From the NCBI RefSeq assembly GCF_009834535.1, contig NC_045696.1, positions 86,244,001-86,308,000 on the forward strand: DNA of 64,000 nt. Direction: 5' to 3'. The notes beneath the pieces were generated by a model. That model searched no databases and was not told the DNA's origin. It was given only the letters and a program-made list of their open reading frames with translations. This DNA is from Camelus ferus (taxonomy: Eukaryota). Below are positions 1 through 13,380 of the stretch, in pieces (positions within the stretch are counted from its first letter, which is position 1; the number at the start of each line of letters is the position of its first letter). The position numbers and the translations under genes were made by a program.

Positions 1-24
1 TGCATGTATAAATTAGTCGATTTA

Positions 25-180
25 TTGGTTTATTATCTTTATCCCTGAAGTAGAATTTAAGGTCCATTAGAGGAGGAAATTTATCTGGCATTTTCACAGA
101 TACCCTAGGTGCTTAGGAAACTGTCAGGCACGTGGTAAGGCTTAGTAATGTTTTTTGAGGGAATGAATGAAAAAATGAGG
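25..180 (+). mobile_element. L2 LINE 3' end fragment
   Basis: Degenerate L2 terminus: ...gtcaggcacgtggtaaggcttagtaatgttttttgagggaatgaatgaa. Confidence 0.65.
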
Positions 181-1088
181 GTTAAAAATCTCCTGAAGAA
201 CTGAGAATGTTTTTCACAGTTACTAAATTCTTTGATATCCCCTTATCAAAAAGAATTTTATCTAGAGAGTAACTAAGTGGCAGTAGAACCCTTTGATTTT
301 TATAGACTAGGAGGAAAAATCAGTAACTAGCATATGATTTCTGATACTTAATTTACGGAATGAAAACAAATGAGACAAATAATCCAAATTATCATTTATT
401 ATCACCAAAATGTAGGAAGAACATTATCTTTAAACACAGGGCAGTCTTTCAGTTTTAATAAATATTGTCATATAAAGAACTAATTACATTGATTCTAATT
501 TTTCACAACTTTTTCCCTTGCAAACTAGGGAAAGCTTATTTATAGACCAATTGGCAAACTTTGTAAAGTGTTGGTTTAAAGCAGAGAATAGAATTCTTTA
601 GTCTAAACTGAAAGCTTGTCAGTTTCAGGTACTTTTTACAGAGTTGGCCAGAGTAGTAAAGTGTTCTCCATGTCTGACACAGGGGGCCGGAGGCTTTGTG
701 TAGCCATTTTTACATTTTCTGCCTTTGAACTTTGCTTTTCTTATTTTGAATACGTCGGCTTTTAAGGTGTTCCATTAATACCCACTAATACTAGTTGCTA
801 ACATCAGTTTTGACTCTAGTCTGGATGCAGAACATGAAAGCAGTGATGGCTTTTGAAAAAGGTGACCATGGCCTTAGCTCTTGAAGTAATTAGGAAATAA
901 TCAGATTTGGAGAAGGATGTAATAGATATTCAACGGGCAGACAGAGGTATTGACATGTGCAAGACAGAGGTGGAACGTAAGGAGTCATATATGGGAAATG
1001 ACTTAGATATTTACTTGCCAGGAGAAATCAAGGCTTAAGATTAAATTTCTATTTATTTCTTTTCTGATTTATATTCTCTGTCCAGAGT

Positions 1089-1092
<4 letters not shown>

Positions 1093-1139
<47 letters not shown>
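1093..1139. repeat. (TG)n microsatellite, ~23 units
   Basis: Directly visible perfect TG run; explains the CV-repeat ORFs at 1092/1096. Confidence 0.98.
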
Positions 1140-1142
<3 letters not shown>

Positions 1143-1149
1143 ACACAGA

Positions 1150-1584
1150 CATCAAAGAAGAATTCTGTATGGCCCCTTGGTTCTGATTTGTCTTGTGATA
1201 CAGCGTTCCAGAATTACTGTCCAGTGGAGAAGTTTCCTTCATGTCCTCACAAGGGGAACCGCTTTACACTTACACATCACTTGAGCGTGAGACGACCGGT
1301 TTTTTCAGAGTTAGCTGAAGCAGGTTTCTCCATTCTCGTTACAGTAAAGAGGATTTGAATGCTTTACCTCTCACTGCTTAGATAGCACACACACATGAGC
1401 CGCCGCCGGGCTCCCGCTCTCCAGACTGAAGAAGAAATAGATATATTTGATTTGTGATGGATATCACTTACAAATGTTATGTTAACTACTGCTGTAGCTG
1501 TCGCTGTTTCCTTAGCCTCTTACACACTCAGGGATATTTTTTTTCCTGAATTGAATATCTGAATATGATTTTTCACAAGAGCAG
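1150..1584 (+). other. Candidate first (5'UTR/non-coding) exon with promoter-proximal sequence, unidentified transcript; start coordinate approximate
   Basis: Unique sequence with about 11 CpGs in 1200-1510 (e.g. gagccgccgccgggctcccgc) in an otherwise CpG-poor window; ends in strong donor CAG|GTAAGC (GT at 1585); near-CRE TGACGTCT at 1845-1852. Confidence 0.5.
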
Positions 1585-2239
1585 GTAAGCAAAAACCAGC
1601 ATGTTAAAATCTTTTATTTTTAGAAATACTCTTTTAGGAAAGAATGTTCTTTTTCTCTATGAAAATGCAAAAATTTTGAGACCACTGTACATTAATTTAT
1701 CTTCTTCTGATACGCACTTAGGGGTTAGGACTGATTTAAATATTGTCAGGATTGCCTTATATATCCTCCTTTGCTTCTCTGTGCCATTTTCGAAGGCCAC
1801 GTTTCTTGAATGTAGCAGCATTTAACTAAAATTGAAAACTCGTCTGACGTCTTTAATAAAAATATAAGCACAGGAAGGAACATTCTTGTCAGTGCCAGTA
1901 TCCATCCATTTACTTCTCCCAGGTAAAATTAAAGAGTCATTCTTTTCTTCATGGTTGTACTGAACTCTGTTTCACAAAAGCAGTTTGCTGTATTTGTATA
2001 AGTTAAAATTTACTCTTTAGGTTTATATCATATTGCTGTTAAAGCTGTCCCTGTTTTCCAAATGAATTACTCTCCTGTGTTCTTGTGATTTACTTGCATG
2101 GCTAGCACATTTTCTTTCTTCATACTAATATTAAAACAGAAGTGTCAGCATATGCATATTTCTACAATTAAAGCACGAATAAGTATAAGTGGAATTAACA
2201 TGATCAAAGTGATGTCTGATGTCTTCTGACCAACGGATA

Positions 2240-3060
2240 ATTCAGGCATCCCCCATCTTCAGCACTCTTCTCTGATATTAAAAGTTTTATACCCTCTAAA
2301 CCTTCTCAATATCATTCTACCTGGTACATCTTTCCAGTTGCTATTCACTTGAGTGGCTTCAATATCCATTTTGATTAATCTTACATATCCTAACCTCTTA
2401 GTTGTTTTACCTTTCTAAACACTAATGACCTTTATCTCAGCACAACTGCAGCCAACTGCCCACATAGGCTATGTTTTAAATTTCACTCTCATTAAAAATT
2501 GACTTCATCAATATCAAATTCCAGTCTATATCCCTCAGATGACAAACTTGCTGCTTCCTACCTGTATTTCCTGTATTATCTTCCCTCTCTTAAACCCTAG
2601 ATTAAATCAAATGAAAATCCCTGACACACCAGTCTTCTAAAATTCCTCAAAATAGCCACTATTCACAGTGCTCTCTGGAATTCTGATTAGTCATTTCTAT
2701 CCTGGAATAGTCACCGCTTCTTGATGATAGGCTTTTTCTCTCTAAATCTTTTACCACGTTGAGTTCAGAGTAAATTCTGTAAAATGCTTAACAGATCATG
2801 TCAGTTCCCTGATGAAAATCCTTGAATAGCTATTTTTTTTTATCTTTATCTAACTTATTTCCAAACATTTTAAAGGACTGTTATGTTTTTCTCTGTAATT
2901 CCCTCTGTCTAAAATATAAGATTTCCCTGTTTTTTTCATGACTGACATCAACTTACCTTTCCTATGTGAGCTTAGATGGAAAATTCTGTGGGAACGTACT
3001 CTGGCCCACCAAATTCAGATTAAACAACACTCAGGGTATTCACACAATCTTATGTGTCTT
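2240..3060 (+). mobile_element. L2 LINE fragment (interrupted by the L1 at 3064-3974)
   Basis: L2-like blocks such as acagatcatgtcagttccctgatgaaaatccttgaatagct; pyrimidine-rich L2 character. Confidence 0.55.
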
Positions 3061-3063
3061 ATT

Positions 3064-3498
3064 TTTTTTCTAATCGAAGTATAGTTGATGTACAATGTTG
3101 TGTTATTTTCTGTTGTACAGCATAGTGATTCAGTTATACATATATATGCCTTTTCATATTTTTTTATTGTAGGTTATTATAAGATTTTGAATATAGTTCT
3201 CTGTTACACAGTAGGACCTTGTTTGTCTATTTTGTATAGTAGTATCTGAAATCTGAAACTCCTTTATTTATCCCTCCCTTCTTTCCCCTTTGGTAACCAT
3301 AAGTTTGTTTTCTGTTTGTGAGTCTGTTTCTGTTTTGTAAGTAGGTTCCTTTGTATCATATTTTGGATTCCACATAAAGTGATATGTGTTATTTGTTTTT
3401 CTCTGATTTACTTCACTTAGTATGATAATCTCTAAGTCCATCCACATTACTGCAAATGGCATTATGTCATTCTTTTTTATGGTTGAGTAGTATTCCAT

Positions 3499-3549
<51 letters not shown>

Positions 3550-3974
3550 ATACATAGTATACATACACACACACACACACACCTTATTTATCCAGTCATC
3601 TGTTGATGGACATTTAGGTTGCTTGCATGTCTTGGCTACTGTAAATACTATTGCTGTAAACATTGCAGAGCGTGTATCTTTTTGAATTAAAGTGTCCTCC
3701 AGATATATGCCCAGGAATAGGATTGCTGAATCATATAGTATCTCTATTTTTAGTTTTTCAAGGAATCTCCATACTGTTTTCCATAGTAGCTGCACCAAGT
3801 TACATTCCCACCAACAGTGTAGGAGGATTCCCTTTTCTCCATACCTCTCCAGCATTTATCATTTGTGGACTTTTTAATGATGGCTATTCTGACCAGTGTG
3901 AGGTGATACCTCATTATAGTTTTGATTTGAATCTTTCTGATAATTAGCAATATTGAGCATCTTTTCATGTGCCA
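3064..3974 (-). mobile_element. 5'-truncated L1 (ORF2 C-terminus + 3'UTR), artiodactyl-type
   Basis: ORFs 3268..3855 and 3750..3968 give L1 ORF2 C-terminal motifs (HCWWEC, KQPKCPS, MEYYS); T-rich tail at left; probable TSD atgtgtcttatt (3052-3063) / atatgtcttatt (3975-3986). Confidence 0.95.
3499..3582. repeat. Compound (TG)n...(CA)n microsatellite inside L1
   Basis: Directly visible. Confidence 0.95.
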
Positions 3975-4079
3975 ATATGTCTTATTATAGGATTATGAAT
4001 CATTGTTTCACTAAGGTACACTCATTTCTGGTGAATATATTTCCATTTATCTACATTTATATAGTTCTGTACTTATCTA

Positions 4080-4410
4080 CATGTTAAATCCTAGCTTTAA
4101 TGCATTATTCAGCTCTGAAGTTAAAAGCCACTTTCTTACAGAAGCCTTATCTAAACTCCTCAGACTGGATTAGGTCCATTTTATAAATATTCTCATAGCT
4201 CAACAGAATTTTTTCTCTGAATAAAGTTTTAGATTATGTATTTGTATGAATTTGTGGGCAAAGATGTCTCCCTGATTAAAGTTTTCAGCTCATCTAGGTA
4301 GGAATTGAGTCTGTTTTGCCAATTATATATTCAACATGTAACACTAAGTCTGAGAATAATAAAAGGCATGTATTAGCTGTTCATTGTATAAATAAATTAC
4401 TTATTTAATT
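4080..4410 (+). mobile_element. L2 3' end fragment
   Basis: gtctccctgattaaagttttcagctcatctaggtaggaattgagtctgttttg resembles the L2 3' terminal region. Confidence 0.5.
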
Positions 4411-5299
4411 GGACTTAAAATATAAACAGTGTTTGCAGGCTGCAATTTTGCTAAATATATATTGTAAAAAATCTTTTTTATTTCAAAATTCTGCTTATGA
4501 ATAAAACATGGTAGGTCATGGCTGGCTAAATCTCTTGGGGCAATTTGTTTCTGACCTAAAAATACTGGAAATTTCATACAGCTTAACCAAAAAAAAAAAA
4601 AAAAGACCTTGCATAAATTATAAGATAATATTATAATGATATCAAAGAGTTGTAATGCTATGAGGATTAGATAAGCAAATATTTCAGACAGAAGAGAACT
4701 TTTCCAACAGAAGGTGATGCTCTCTTCTGGGAGTTCATTAATCCTTGGAATGGGCTAAATATTGGGATTTTTCCAAACCAAAAAAAACATCTGTTAGGAG
4801 AAATAGAAATGAGCCTACAATGTAGCGGTCATGTGAGGCTGATGGGAGCAACTGGACCTAGAGAGAAAGAAACTAATAGGTATTTTTTTTTTCATTGGAC
4901 ATTTGTTGAGTTCTGATGCCGTGTAGGAGACTGGGGAACTAGGTTGAAAGTCTATAAAAGATAGAGTCGATGTCCCTCATCTTATAGTTCTTAAAAAAAA
5001 GAAAAAAAAACCTGTTAGGAAGGATATTTACCTTGAGCACAACAGTTTTATTTCCCTTAAGATACTGCCCAATTTTGAATTTCTTGAAGCTGTAAAAAGA
5101 GAGCTTGATTTGGAGTCTCTGAAGGACACAGCTTGATCTCCCAGAGTACATCAGGGAGGGTCATGCCTTAAAAACAAGGGTGAAGTTAAGCTGCACTTAC
5201 TTTTACTAACCCTGCAATCTAGCCTGACCCTGCTCAGCTCTTGATTCTATTACTTAATAAGGTAAAGAGAGATCCATGATTGGTGAAAGATGAGAACAT

Positions 5300-6790
5300 C
5301 TGGATTTTTTTTTTGGGGGGGGGGATACGCAATTTTCAACATATAATAACAATAAAAAATGATAAAGCATGTGACAGATAAAAGCAATGGCTGATAATCA
5401 AGGGGAAGACAGACAATATATGTGGAATACACAGATGGTCTAGTTACTGGGACTAGCAGATGTAGTCTTTGAAATAACTATGATAAACTTACTAAACAAA
5501 ATTTTTTGAATAAGAAAAAAGCAGAATGAGGGTTTTGAAATAATTATAATCTATTTTAAAAGGAATAAAATGAACATTCTAGAATTGAAAAAAATTAAGA
5601 ACTCACTGATGGCTTCACTAGAAAATAAAGGATCAGTAAACTCAAAGACAGGTCAATAAAAAAATACTCTTAATAAAATATGAAAAGTATTTTAATAGAT
5701 GAAAGGAAGAGACTTGTGAGTTATACCAGAATGGTCGAACTTGTTTGTTAGTGAAATCTCAAAAGGAAACAAAAGAGATAATACGGTAAAAATACTATTT
5801 GAAGTGATAATGGCTGAAAAATTTCAAAACTGATAAGATATCAACCCTCAGATTCAGGAAGTTAGCAAACCTCAAAACCAAAGAAAGCCACACTCATGCA
5901 TAGAAGATAAACCTATTGGTAACCTTAGAAAAAGGTTTAAAAGCAGTCAGAACAAAAAGGCACATTACTTTGAAAGGGCCAACAATATGATAGATAGGTG
6001 ACTACTCAACAGAAATACTGAAAGCCAGAAAGTGATGAAAGACATCTTTAAAATGATACAAGGAAGTAAACACATCTAGAAACATTTGCCCAGTGAAAAC
6101 ATTCTTTAAAAGAGATAATGAAGTAAAGCCTTTTCTAAGCAAATGATGACCAAGGAAATTTGTCACCACAGGACTGCACTTAAAGAAATTAAACACAGTT
6201 CTGGTAAAAGAAAAAGTTCCCAGACAGAAACATGATTATTCAGGGGAAATGAAGACCATCACAGAAGGTAAATATGTAGGTCAATAAAATAAATACCAAC
6301 AAAGAGCAGAATAATTACAGTGTCTTGTAGCATTCAGATTACATTAGGTAAAGCAATGCTTTCCAAAAAAGGAAAAACATTATCGAGGGGAAACAAATTT
6401 TAAAGGATCTAAAGTTCTACAACTTTCAGAATTGGTGAAACTAAGAATTCTTATTTGTTGGAAATGTTAAAGATACATTCAGTAGACACTAATAATAGTA
6501 AAAATATATAATTAGCAAATTAATAGAAGGAAAACAAAATAATACAAATTATAGGTATAAAAGATATAGGATAAATAACAATAAAAGGCATATTTTAGAA
6601 ACACAAAGGAAATATTTTTGATGAAATGACTCCTGGGATTGCTTCAAAATAATCTGGAGGTGAGAGCTATAAATAAGGGAGTATACATAAAACAATATTG
6701 GTCATGAGTTGATGGTAGTTGAAGGTGGGTGATGGATATATGCATATTTATTATACTATTCTCTTGAATTTTGTTACAATTTAAAGAATA
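5300..6790 (+). mobile_element. Ancient L1M/L1ME (or HAL1-like) remnant: degraded ORF1 followed by an L1ME-type 3' end
   Basis: ORF1-like tracts (tttgaagtgataatggctgaaaaatttc; gaaagccagaaagtgatgaaagacatctttaaa); 3' end gattgcttcaaaataatc...ggtcatgagttgatggtagttgaaggtgggtgatgg...attatactattctc. Confidence 0.7.
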
Positions 6791-7789
6791 TATATGCATA
6801 TAAGTATATATATATAAACAAGTTATGACACCTCAAAAAAAGTCATATCTAAATTGCCTATAAATTGATTTTCCAATGTTACTCCAAAGTTTTAAAATAG
6901 ATGTATAGGATAATAGGAACTCTAGATTATGATTCCCAAAATGGAAATGGAGGATACAAAAGTATGAGATATTTTAAAGATATGATAATGTATGAACCTA
7001 CCTAACATCTTAGTATAACATGTCTGTGGCACTTTTGTTGACATTAAGCTTTATGAAGCCTGTACTTTAATGATGGTAGAAACAGATCATTGTAATTTCA
7101 AAATTGATCTCTTTGTGAAAAGGTGTTATCCATAAAAGTTGATCTAGATCTATGATTCACAACCTATTTTAGAATTACTAATTTGTGATTTTCATATGCC
7201 AACAGAATACACAGAACGTATCACAGCATGTTCTCTGAGTCCCTGCAATTCATCTTAGATTAAAAACCCTATGATAAATTAGACCAGCAGTATCCCATTT
7301 AATAATCACTTGAATTTAAACTTAAATTTAAAATTTGCCTGATGATTTTCATTCCTTTACTTAGACCTTCTAGGATTTAAAGTCCCCTGCTATATTAAAT
7401 TATTATCTAGTGCAGGTCATTCCTTGACTCATCTTTTGCTGTTCTGACTACATTTTGGTGTTGTCCATGCTTTCTGCTTCTCAGTCATCACCTCCTTTTA
7501 AAATTACCAATTCTCTTTAGGCTCCCAAATTTTAGAAGGCTTTTGTTCCAGTACAATTGGAACATTGACTCACTTAATGGTTCATAAAATGAACCTATGG
7601 TTCATTGAAGATAACAGCAATCTATATTAGAAAACATTTAGCATATTCACATTTTGTTAACAATGAAAATGTTTGCATTAAATTTTTTGGAAGTTTTAAC
7701 AATGTTTTTTTCCTGCTTAAAAAACAAGATTACATTGCCTTGAATACATCTTTATGTTGAGTTGTTATTTATCCTTCAATTTTTAGGTG

Positions 7790-7915
7790 AAGTGTATTTG
7801 ACAGATGATTACAAACCAAGTACTATATAGGCCAATCATGTGCTAAGTATGAGATACACAAAAAGTAACAGACAAGATAAAGCTTTTCCATTCATATACC
7901 TAATGTCGTTGAGTT
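7790..7915 (-). mobile_element. L2 3' end fragment
   Basis: aagtactatataggccaatcatgtgctaagtatgagatacacaaaaagtaacagacaagata matches the reverse L2 terminus. Confidence 0.55.
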
Positions 7916-8272
7916 TGAAAGACTGTTTTGTTAACCTAGTTACTAATATTCTTACTCATTGCTTCATGTATATTTGTGTATCTCTACTTCAGATAATTTG
8001 GTCTACCTTATTTTAGAATAAATGAATCTCCTTTAAAGCTTTTAATTTCATGGCATAGTTTTATTTTTTCCCCTTTGTTAGGATTTTGTATGTTAATCTT
8101 TGTCTGCTTATACAGCTATTTGATTTACAGTTACAGTGACCTTTCAGTGTTTTAAAACTGGGAGTGAAATTTTGGAATGCAAAGGAATAGTACTGTAGAA
8201 TAAAACATTTATTGAGGTAGAGCCCCAGGTTGGAATATCTGTTTATAGGAGAGCTGAGAAGTCATATAAGTA

Positions 8273-8776
8273 ATATATTAATTTCCTGATGCTGCTATAA
8301 CAAATTATCACAAATTTAGTAACTCAAAGCAACGTAACTTTATTATATTACTATTCTAGGTGTTTAGAGCCCTAAAGTCAAGGTGTCATCAAGCCTGCAT
8401 ACCTTCTGAATGGTTGGTCTAAGAGGGAATCTGTTTTCTTGTCTTTTCCAGCTTCTAGAGGCCATCTGCGTTCCTTAGCTTGTTGTCCCTTCCTCCATCT
8501 TCAAGACCATCAGAAACACCTTCAGATCTCTCTCTGACTTCTGTTTCTGGACTCCAATCTCCTTCTGCCTCTCAACTCTGACTCTGTAGTCTCCCTCTTA
8601 TGAAAGCCTTTCTGATTACATTGGACCTACCCAAGTAATCCAGAATAATCTCACCATTTCAAGATTCTTAATTTAATTGTATCTGTAAAGTCTCTGTTTT
8701 CATGTAAGGCAATGTATTTATAGGTTTTGGAAATTAGGACATGAACATCTTAGGAGAGATTGTTCAGTCTACTCTA
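8273..8776 (-). mobile_element. MaLR solo LTR, MLT1C/MLT1D-like
   Basis: gctgctataacaaattatcacaaatttagt...ttccagcttctagaggcc...gattacattggacctacccaagtaatccagaataatctc...attaggacatgaacatct; ~500 bp. Confidence 0.85.
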
Positions 8777-9339
8777 GGGGTACTCTGTGTCAGCTTCCTT
8801 ATGTATAACAAAAAGGCACTATGTCTTTCTCTAACACTTTTAAGTCTAGGTTGACTTCTTTCCAAAAAAGAAAGTTTAAAGTACTCTGAAGATAATGTAA
8901 TGATGTACAATGATCTTCAATGACTAGAAATTCAAATATTTGAATTTCTGTGTATTTCATCCAACTTTGAAATTAAAGTTACAATCACAATGTGATATAC
9001 TGCTACATCATTGTATGGTAAAATTAGAGTTACTTATTTACATGAATTATTATGAAACACATTGTTAATTTCCAACATTTGAGGATTAGAACTATGCAAG
9101 AAAATAAATCGATTATGTCAATTTTTATTTTTTTGGAATTGGAATCCCATGATGATTAAAGAAATTCATATTAATTATTGCTAAGGCAAGAAAGCCTAAT
9201 TTTTTGTTCCTTAAATATAATGCATAAAGGTTATATTCAAAACTATGTGTACACTATAAATATTAATAGGCAAATTCAATTTTAAATACCTGTACTTCAG
9301 TAGTCATAATGTTTAGTGTTAATTATGAATCCACAATAT

Positions 9340-9470
9340 GAAATAATTGAACAAAAATACTCACTAGGTGCCTACTAATGTAGTTATGTGATATAGTTGA
9401 ATTACAAATCAAAAGCTGTAGGATGCAGTCACTTAACCCTCAAAAAATATAATATTCAGTTATCTAATCT
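9340..9470 (-). mobile_element. L2 3' end fragment
   Basis: gaacaaaaatactcactaggtgcctactaatgtagttatgtgata. Confidence 0.5.
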
Positions 9471-9664
9471 CATAGAAAATAGACACATTAATACACAATT
9501 TAAGATTAATGTTTGTTAAATTTTCAGGGATTTCATGAACTCCTTGTAAAATTCAACTATAATTAAAAATTAAATTATATAAATTTATAATTAAGTAAAT
9601 TACATTTAAAAAGGGACTCCATACTCAAAACACAATATTTCTTAATTTTCTTAATTTTTACTGT

Positions 9665-9902
9665 TATCTGTGCTCTTCAGTGTTTTTATGTCTGAAATAC
9701 CTGTGTGGTAGAAATGCTGTTTGGTTGGTGTGCTTCCGTGCATTTCTTCCATCTGTGTTCAGTGATTTCACTTTGGTTGGTAGCTTAAAATCAGCCAGCA
9801 TGGGGGATATTTATACCACAGAGATCAGCAAATGCTACAAGTCAGGGATTATTTATCTTCCCTTTATGAGTTGGTTATTAAACATTCACTAACATACCAC
9901 TG
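9665..9902. mobile_element. MER63-like hAT-Blackjack DNA transposon fragment
   Basis: ttggttggtagcttaaaatcagcc...cagcaaatgctacaagtcaggg...ttattaaacattcactaacataccactg terminal sequence. Confidence 0.7.
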
Positions 9903-12900
9903 ATTACACAGGAGTTAAAAAAAAAAAAAAACTATCCCTAATATTTTCATGGGCCTTTTGAAGAAAGGAGCCTCAAAGAATTTCTGAACGTGCTATATAA
10001 AGCCATCACATTTTGTAATGTAGTGTAGGTCCCTTCATATAATACCACTCACTGTCTGCATCTCAGATTTTAATATTATAAAGTGTTATAATTTAACAGA
10101 AGTTCAAAATTAATGATAACTTGTATTTTAGAATTTATTTTAAATTTCCCAGTTAAGTAGTTTCCACTTTCTTACTTTATGTTCTATAATGTCTTGGATA
10201 ATACTGACTTTTTTCCTTTATGTTCAAATCTTTGAAATTATTAGTTAAGATTAAATTGGCCTGTATAAACTCATTTTATTCAAAAAAAATGCTGAAAACA
10301 TTTCTATATGGTGTTAGTTAACTTTCTAACGATGATAGGAAATGTAATTTACTCTTTTTTTTTTTTTATAAAGCTTAATGAGTTGACTCAGAAAACCACC
10401 TTGGGTATTAATCATGATTATACGCCTGTAGGTATAAAACATTAAAATGATTGTAATTACCAGAAGCATATTCTGAAAGTCAATCCTTTCACTACATCAT
10501 TGTAACATACTTTTAAATTCTTAAAGTATAGGAGAAAATTTAATAAATTGAGACTTTCCTGTTAGTATTAATTATAGTTATTTTTCTACATCTTTCATGG
10601 ATTCCTACCCCCAGTAATTTGCAAATTTTCCTCTTTGCATTGAAATATTAAATATTGGAATAATTTTTTCTATATCTATGTTATTTCTTCTTTCAATCTA
10701 ATGAAGTATTCCTGAGTTTTCAGTAAATATTTTGTTCATATTAATATACCTCATTCAGAAAAAACATGCTTTTACCAGTTGCTTATATTCTTGTAATTTT
10801 TTCCTCCTGGTTGATTAATGTGATATTTGAATAGATTCCCTCCTTATAACAAAAAATATATAAATTTATAAATTTAACTCCAGTTACACCTCCCCTACAG
10901 GATTTTTGTGTCTTTGAAAAATAACTTTCAGTGCAATTAAGTCTTCGTTTACTCTCTAAGGGCTCTCTTTGCCTGCTTGGTAACAGTGTGCATATTTTGC
11001 AAACAATTAATTTTAATATTCTATTTGATTATACATGTAAAAATTACACTGTCTATATATTTCTTTTGGTGTTGGGTTATTCACACTCACTACACACAGA
11101 AATGATTGCCCTTATAAATGCCTATGACTACATGGCCAGTATATTTTAAAAACATGAGGGGTAGTTATAACTATACTCCTAAAACGACTTTCTTTTTTTA
11201 TCTTTATTCAGATTTATAATATGAATATATTATTAGCCAACCATTGTGCTTAGTATAAAGGAATATCAGATGTGACCTGATCCTAAAGAGAACTTAATTT
11301 TAGTGTGGAACGTAAGAAATCCTTGACACTGTATGCACAAATTCTATTCAAAAAATAAAAAGGTCCCATAGTGATAATGAAGCCAGGAAAATTGAAAAGG
11401 AAAACAATGTGGGATCACAAGTCAGAGAGGACAGTAAAATCAATACTCAGAAGAGCTGATAACTCAGGCCTTCTTATTAAAATAAAACAGAAAAACAAAA
11501 CAAAACTAAAAAACAATAGGCTTTTTACTTAGTCCGTCTATTATGCTGTCTTTGCAAATGAATGACATTATAAAATTAGAAACAAGTTATGTATTTCAAG
11601 CATTTATCACCTGTCCAAATGGAAGTATCCCTTAGGATAATTATATTAGCCACAGCAAAGCACAGAATATTATAAGTTACTGAGCTATTACAATGGATTA
11701 GTTTGCTAAATCAGAGTCACATGTATTAAGATTTCAAGGGTCTAGGAAATCAAGAAGCTTAGAAAAAGCAGAGAAAGGTCCATGACATGGTGAGCATTGC
11801 CCTTCCCACCTTTCTACCCCAATTGCGTGTGTGCACACACACACACACATTACAACCAGCCCTCCTGTCCTTTCTTATATCAGATGGACCCTCTATGGCC
11901 CAAAGTAGACAACCCCATTTTATACCCAAAGAGTTGTACAGCTTATGTAGCATTCTTCAAGGAGCCATGCCTCACAGATCCACAGATTCTGCATTTCCCC
12001 ATCATAAGCAATGCTTTGCCAGGGACATCTGTTGAGAATATTCCATAGCAATAGATTCTCCCTCTAGAGAATGTTACTTATTTTCCCATAAGACTGTGTT
12101 GACAGGGACATTAGCCTGGGTCACTTGCTCTTTTTTCTTCCCTTGGGAGTGGCCCCTTAGGAATCGGGTGAGAAGAGAATTAATGGCAAACTGCTTTACT
12201 CCCCACCCCATTACTAATGTTGGAATTTAGAGAAAATAATACTGAATAGAACTTGTACAGGAAGGAAAAGAAGATAATGGAAGAGTTAAACCATCATGGG
12301 CAAATTTAATGTATACAATTTTCCCCAAGGTCTACCTGCAAAAGATATTTAAAAATCATTTGGCTGTATTCTTAGAAAACAATTCCAATGCTTTGGAATT
12401 CTGTTTTACACAAGTTTTCATGATTGTATCCTAAAATTCAATTGAAAAGAAAAACTTTATCTTACACATGAAAGAAAATGGAAATTTTCTGTAAAAATGA
12501 GACAACTTAATGGGTTTTATGGAAAAATTTAGTCTGGTTCATGTCCATTCTAGTTCTCGTTCTGTTTAGCTGTTAAATTTCCATAAACAGCAACATTTTC
12601 AGTGTGTCATTATTCAAAGAATACATACATTTCTAAAGTTGATTTCAAACCTTATTGAAAAAACAGATAATCACTTAGGATTTTTTCATACTCTCCCAGT
12701 ATGTAGGATATACAGGTATTTTACAGCTGGAGGAAGACAACTCTATCCTTGTCTCTGATGACTCCTAAAAATCTGGCTTTGACTCTTGATCAAGATAACA
12801 TACTGAGGGAGCCTTTCCAAACCAACAAAATCCCCCTCTGCAGCATCCAGGGCTTTGTTTGTTGATGGCTTTCTGTTGGCTTTTTTTTTCCTTTTAAATT

Positions 12901-13089
12901 GCGGGATTATTTATGATTGTGATGTTATAGAATAATTATTAAAAATTATGCAAAAATTACCAAGTATAAAAAAATGAGAAGTAATTATCTTTTTGACAAT
13001 GTTTTAAATGAAGGTAGATCTATATGATGATACTCTATATCATTTTTAAAAATCATGCTTTTTAAAAATATATAATAACAGGAAATTTC

Positions 13090-13380
13090 ATGACGTGGAA
13101 TTAAAATTAGGCAGCTTGACTGGTTATGTGACTAGATGGAAATAGAAAACACCACCGGACACTTTTGCCTAAGCTCCCCAAGAACAGTCCAGAGTAAGTG
13201 TGACCTTATGTGAATGAAAAGGATGCTCTGGAGCTTGTACTTGGTTGTGTCTCAGACACAATCAGCACTTCAGTGCTTACCTGAGCTCTCTTTTCCCTTC
13301 TGTATTTTATTATTTATATTTCAATAAAAGCCTCATGAGTATGGCTTGTGAACCTTTTCAGTTATTTGAACCTGTATAAT
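13090..13380 (+). mobile_element. ERVL-type LTR fragment (MER21/MER68/MER77-like)
   Basis: aataaaagcctcatgagtatggcttgtgaaccttttcagttatttgaacctg resembles the 3' end of this LTR group. Confidence 0.45.

Noticed and set aside
1092..1358. ORFs with CVCVCV runs (also 3497, 54900, 26585, 11787)
   Set aside because: Translations of TG/CA microsatellites, not genes.
3268..3855. 195-aa minus-strand ORF
   Set aside because: L1 ORF2 C-terminal fragment with a microsatellite insertion; not a host CDS.
11950..12200. Possible old ERVL LTR fragment
   Set aside because: LTR-like composition but no diagnostic motif I could confirm.
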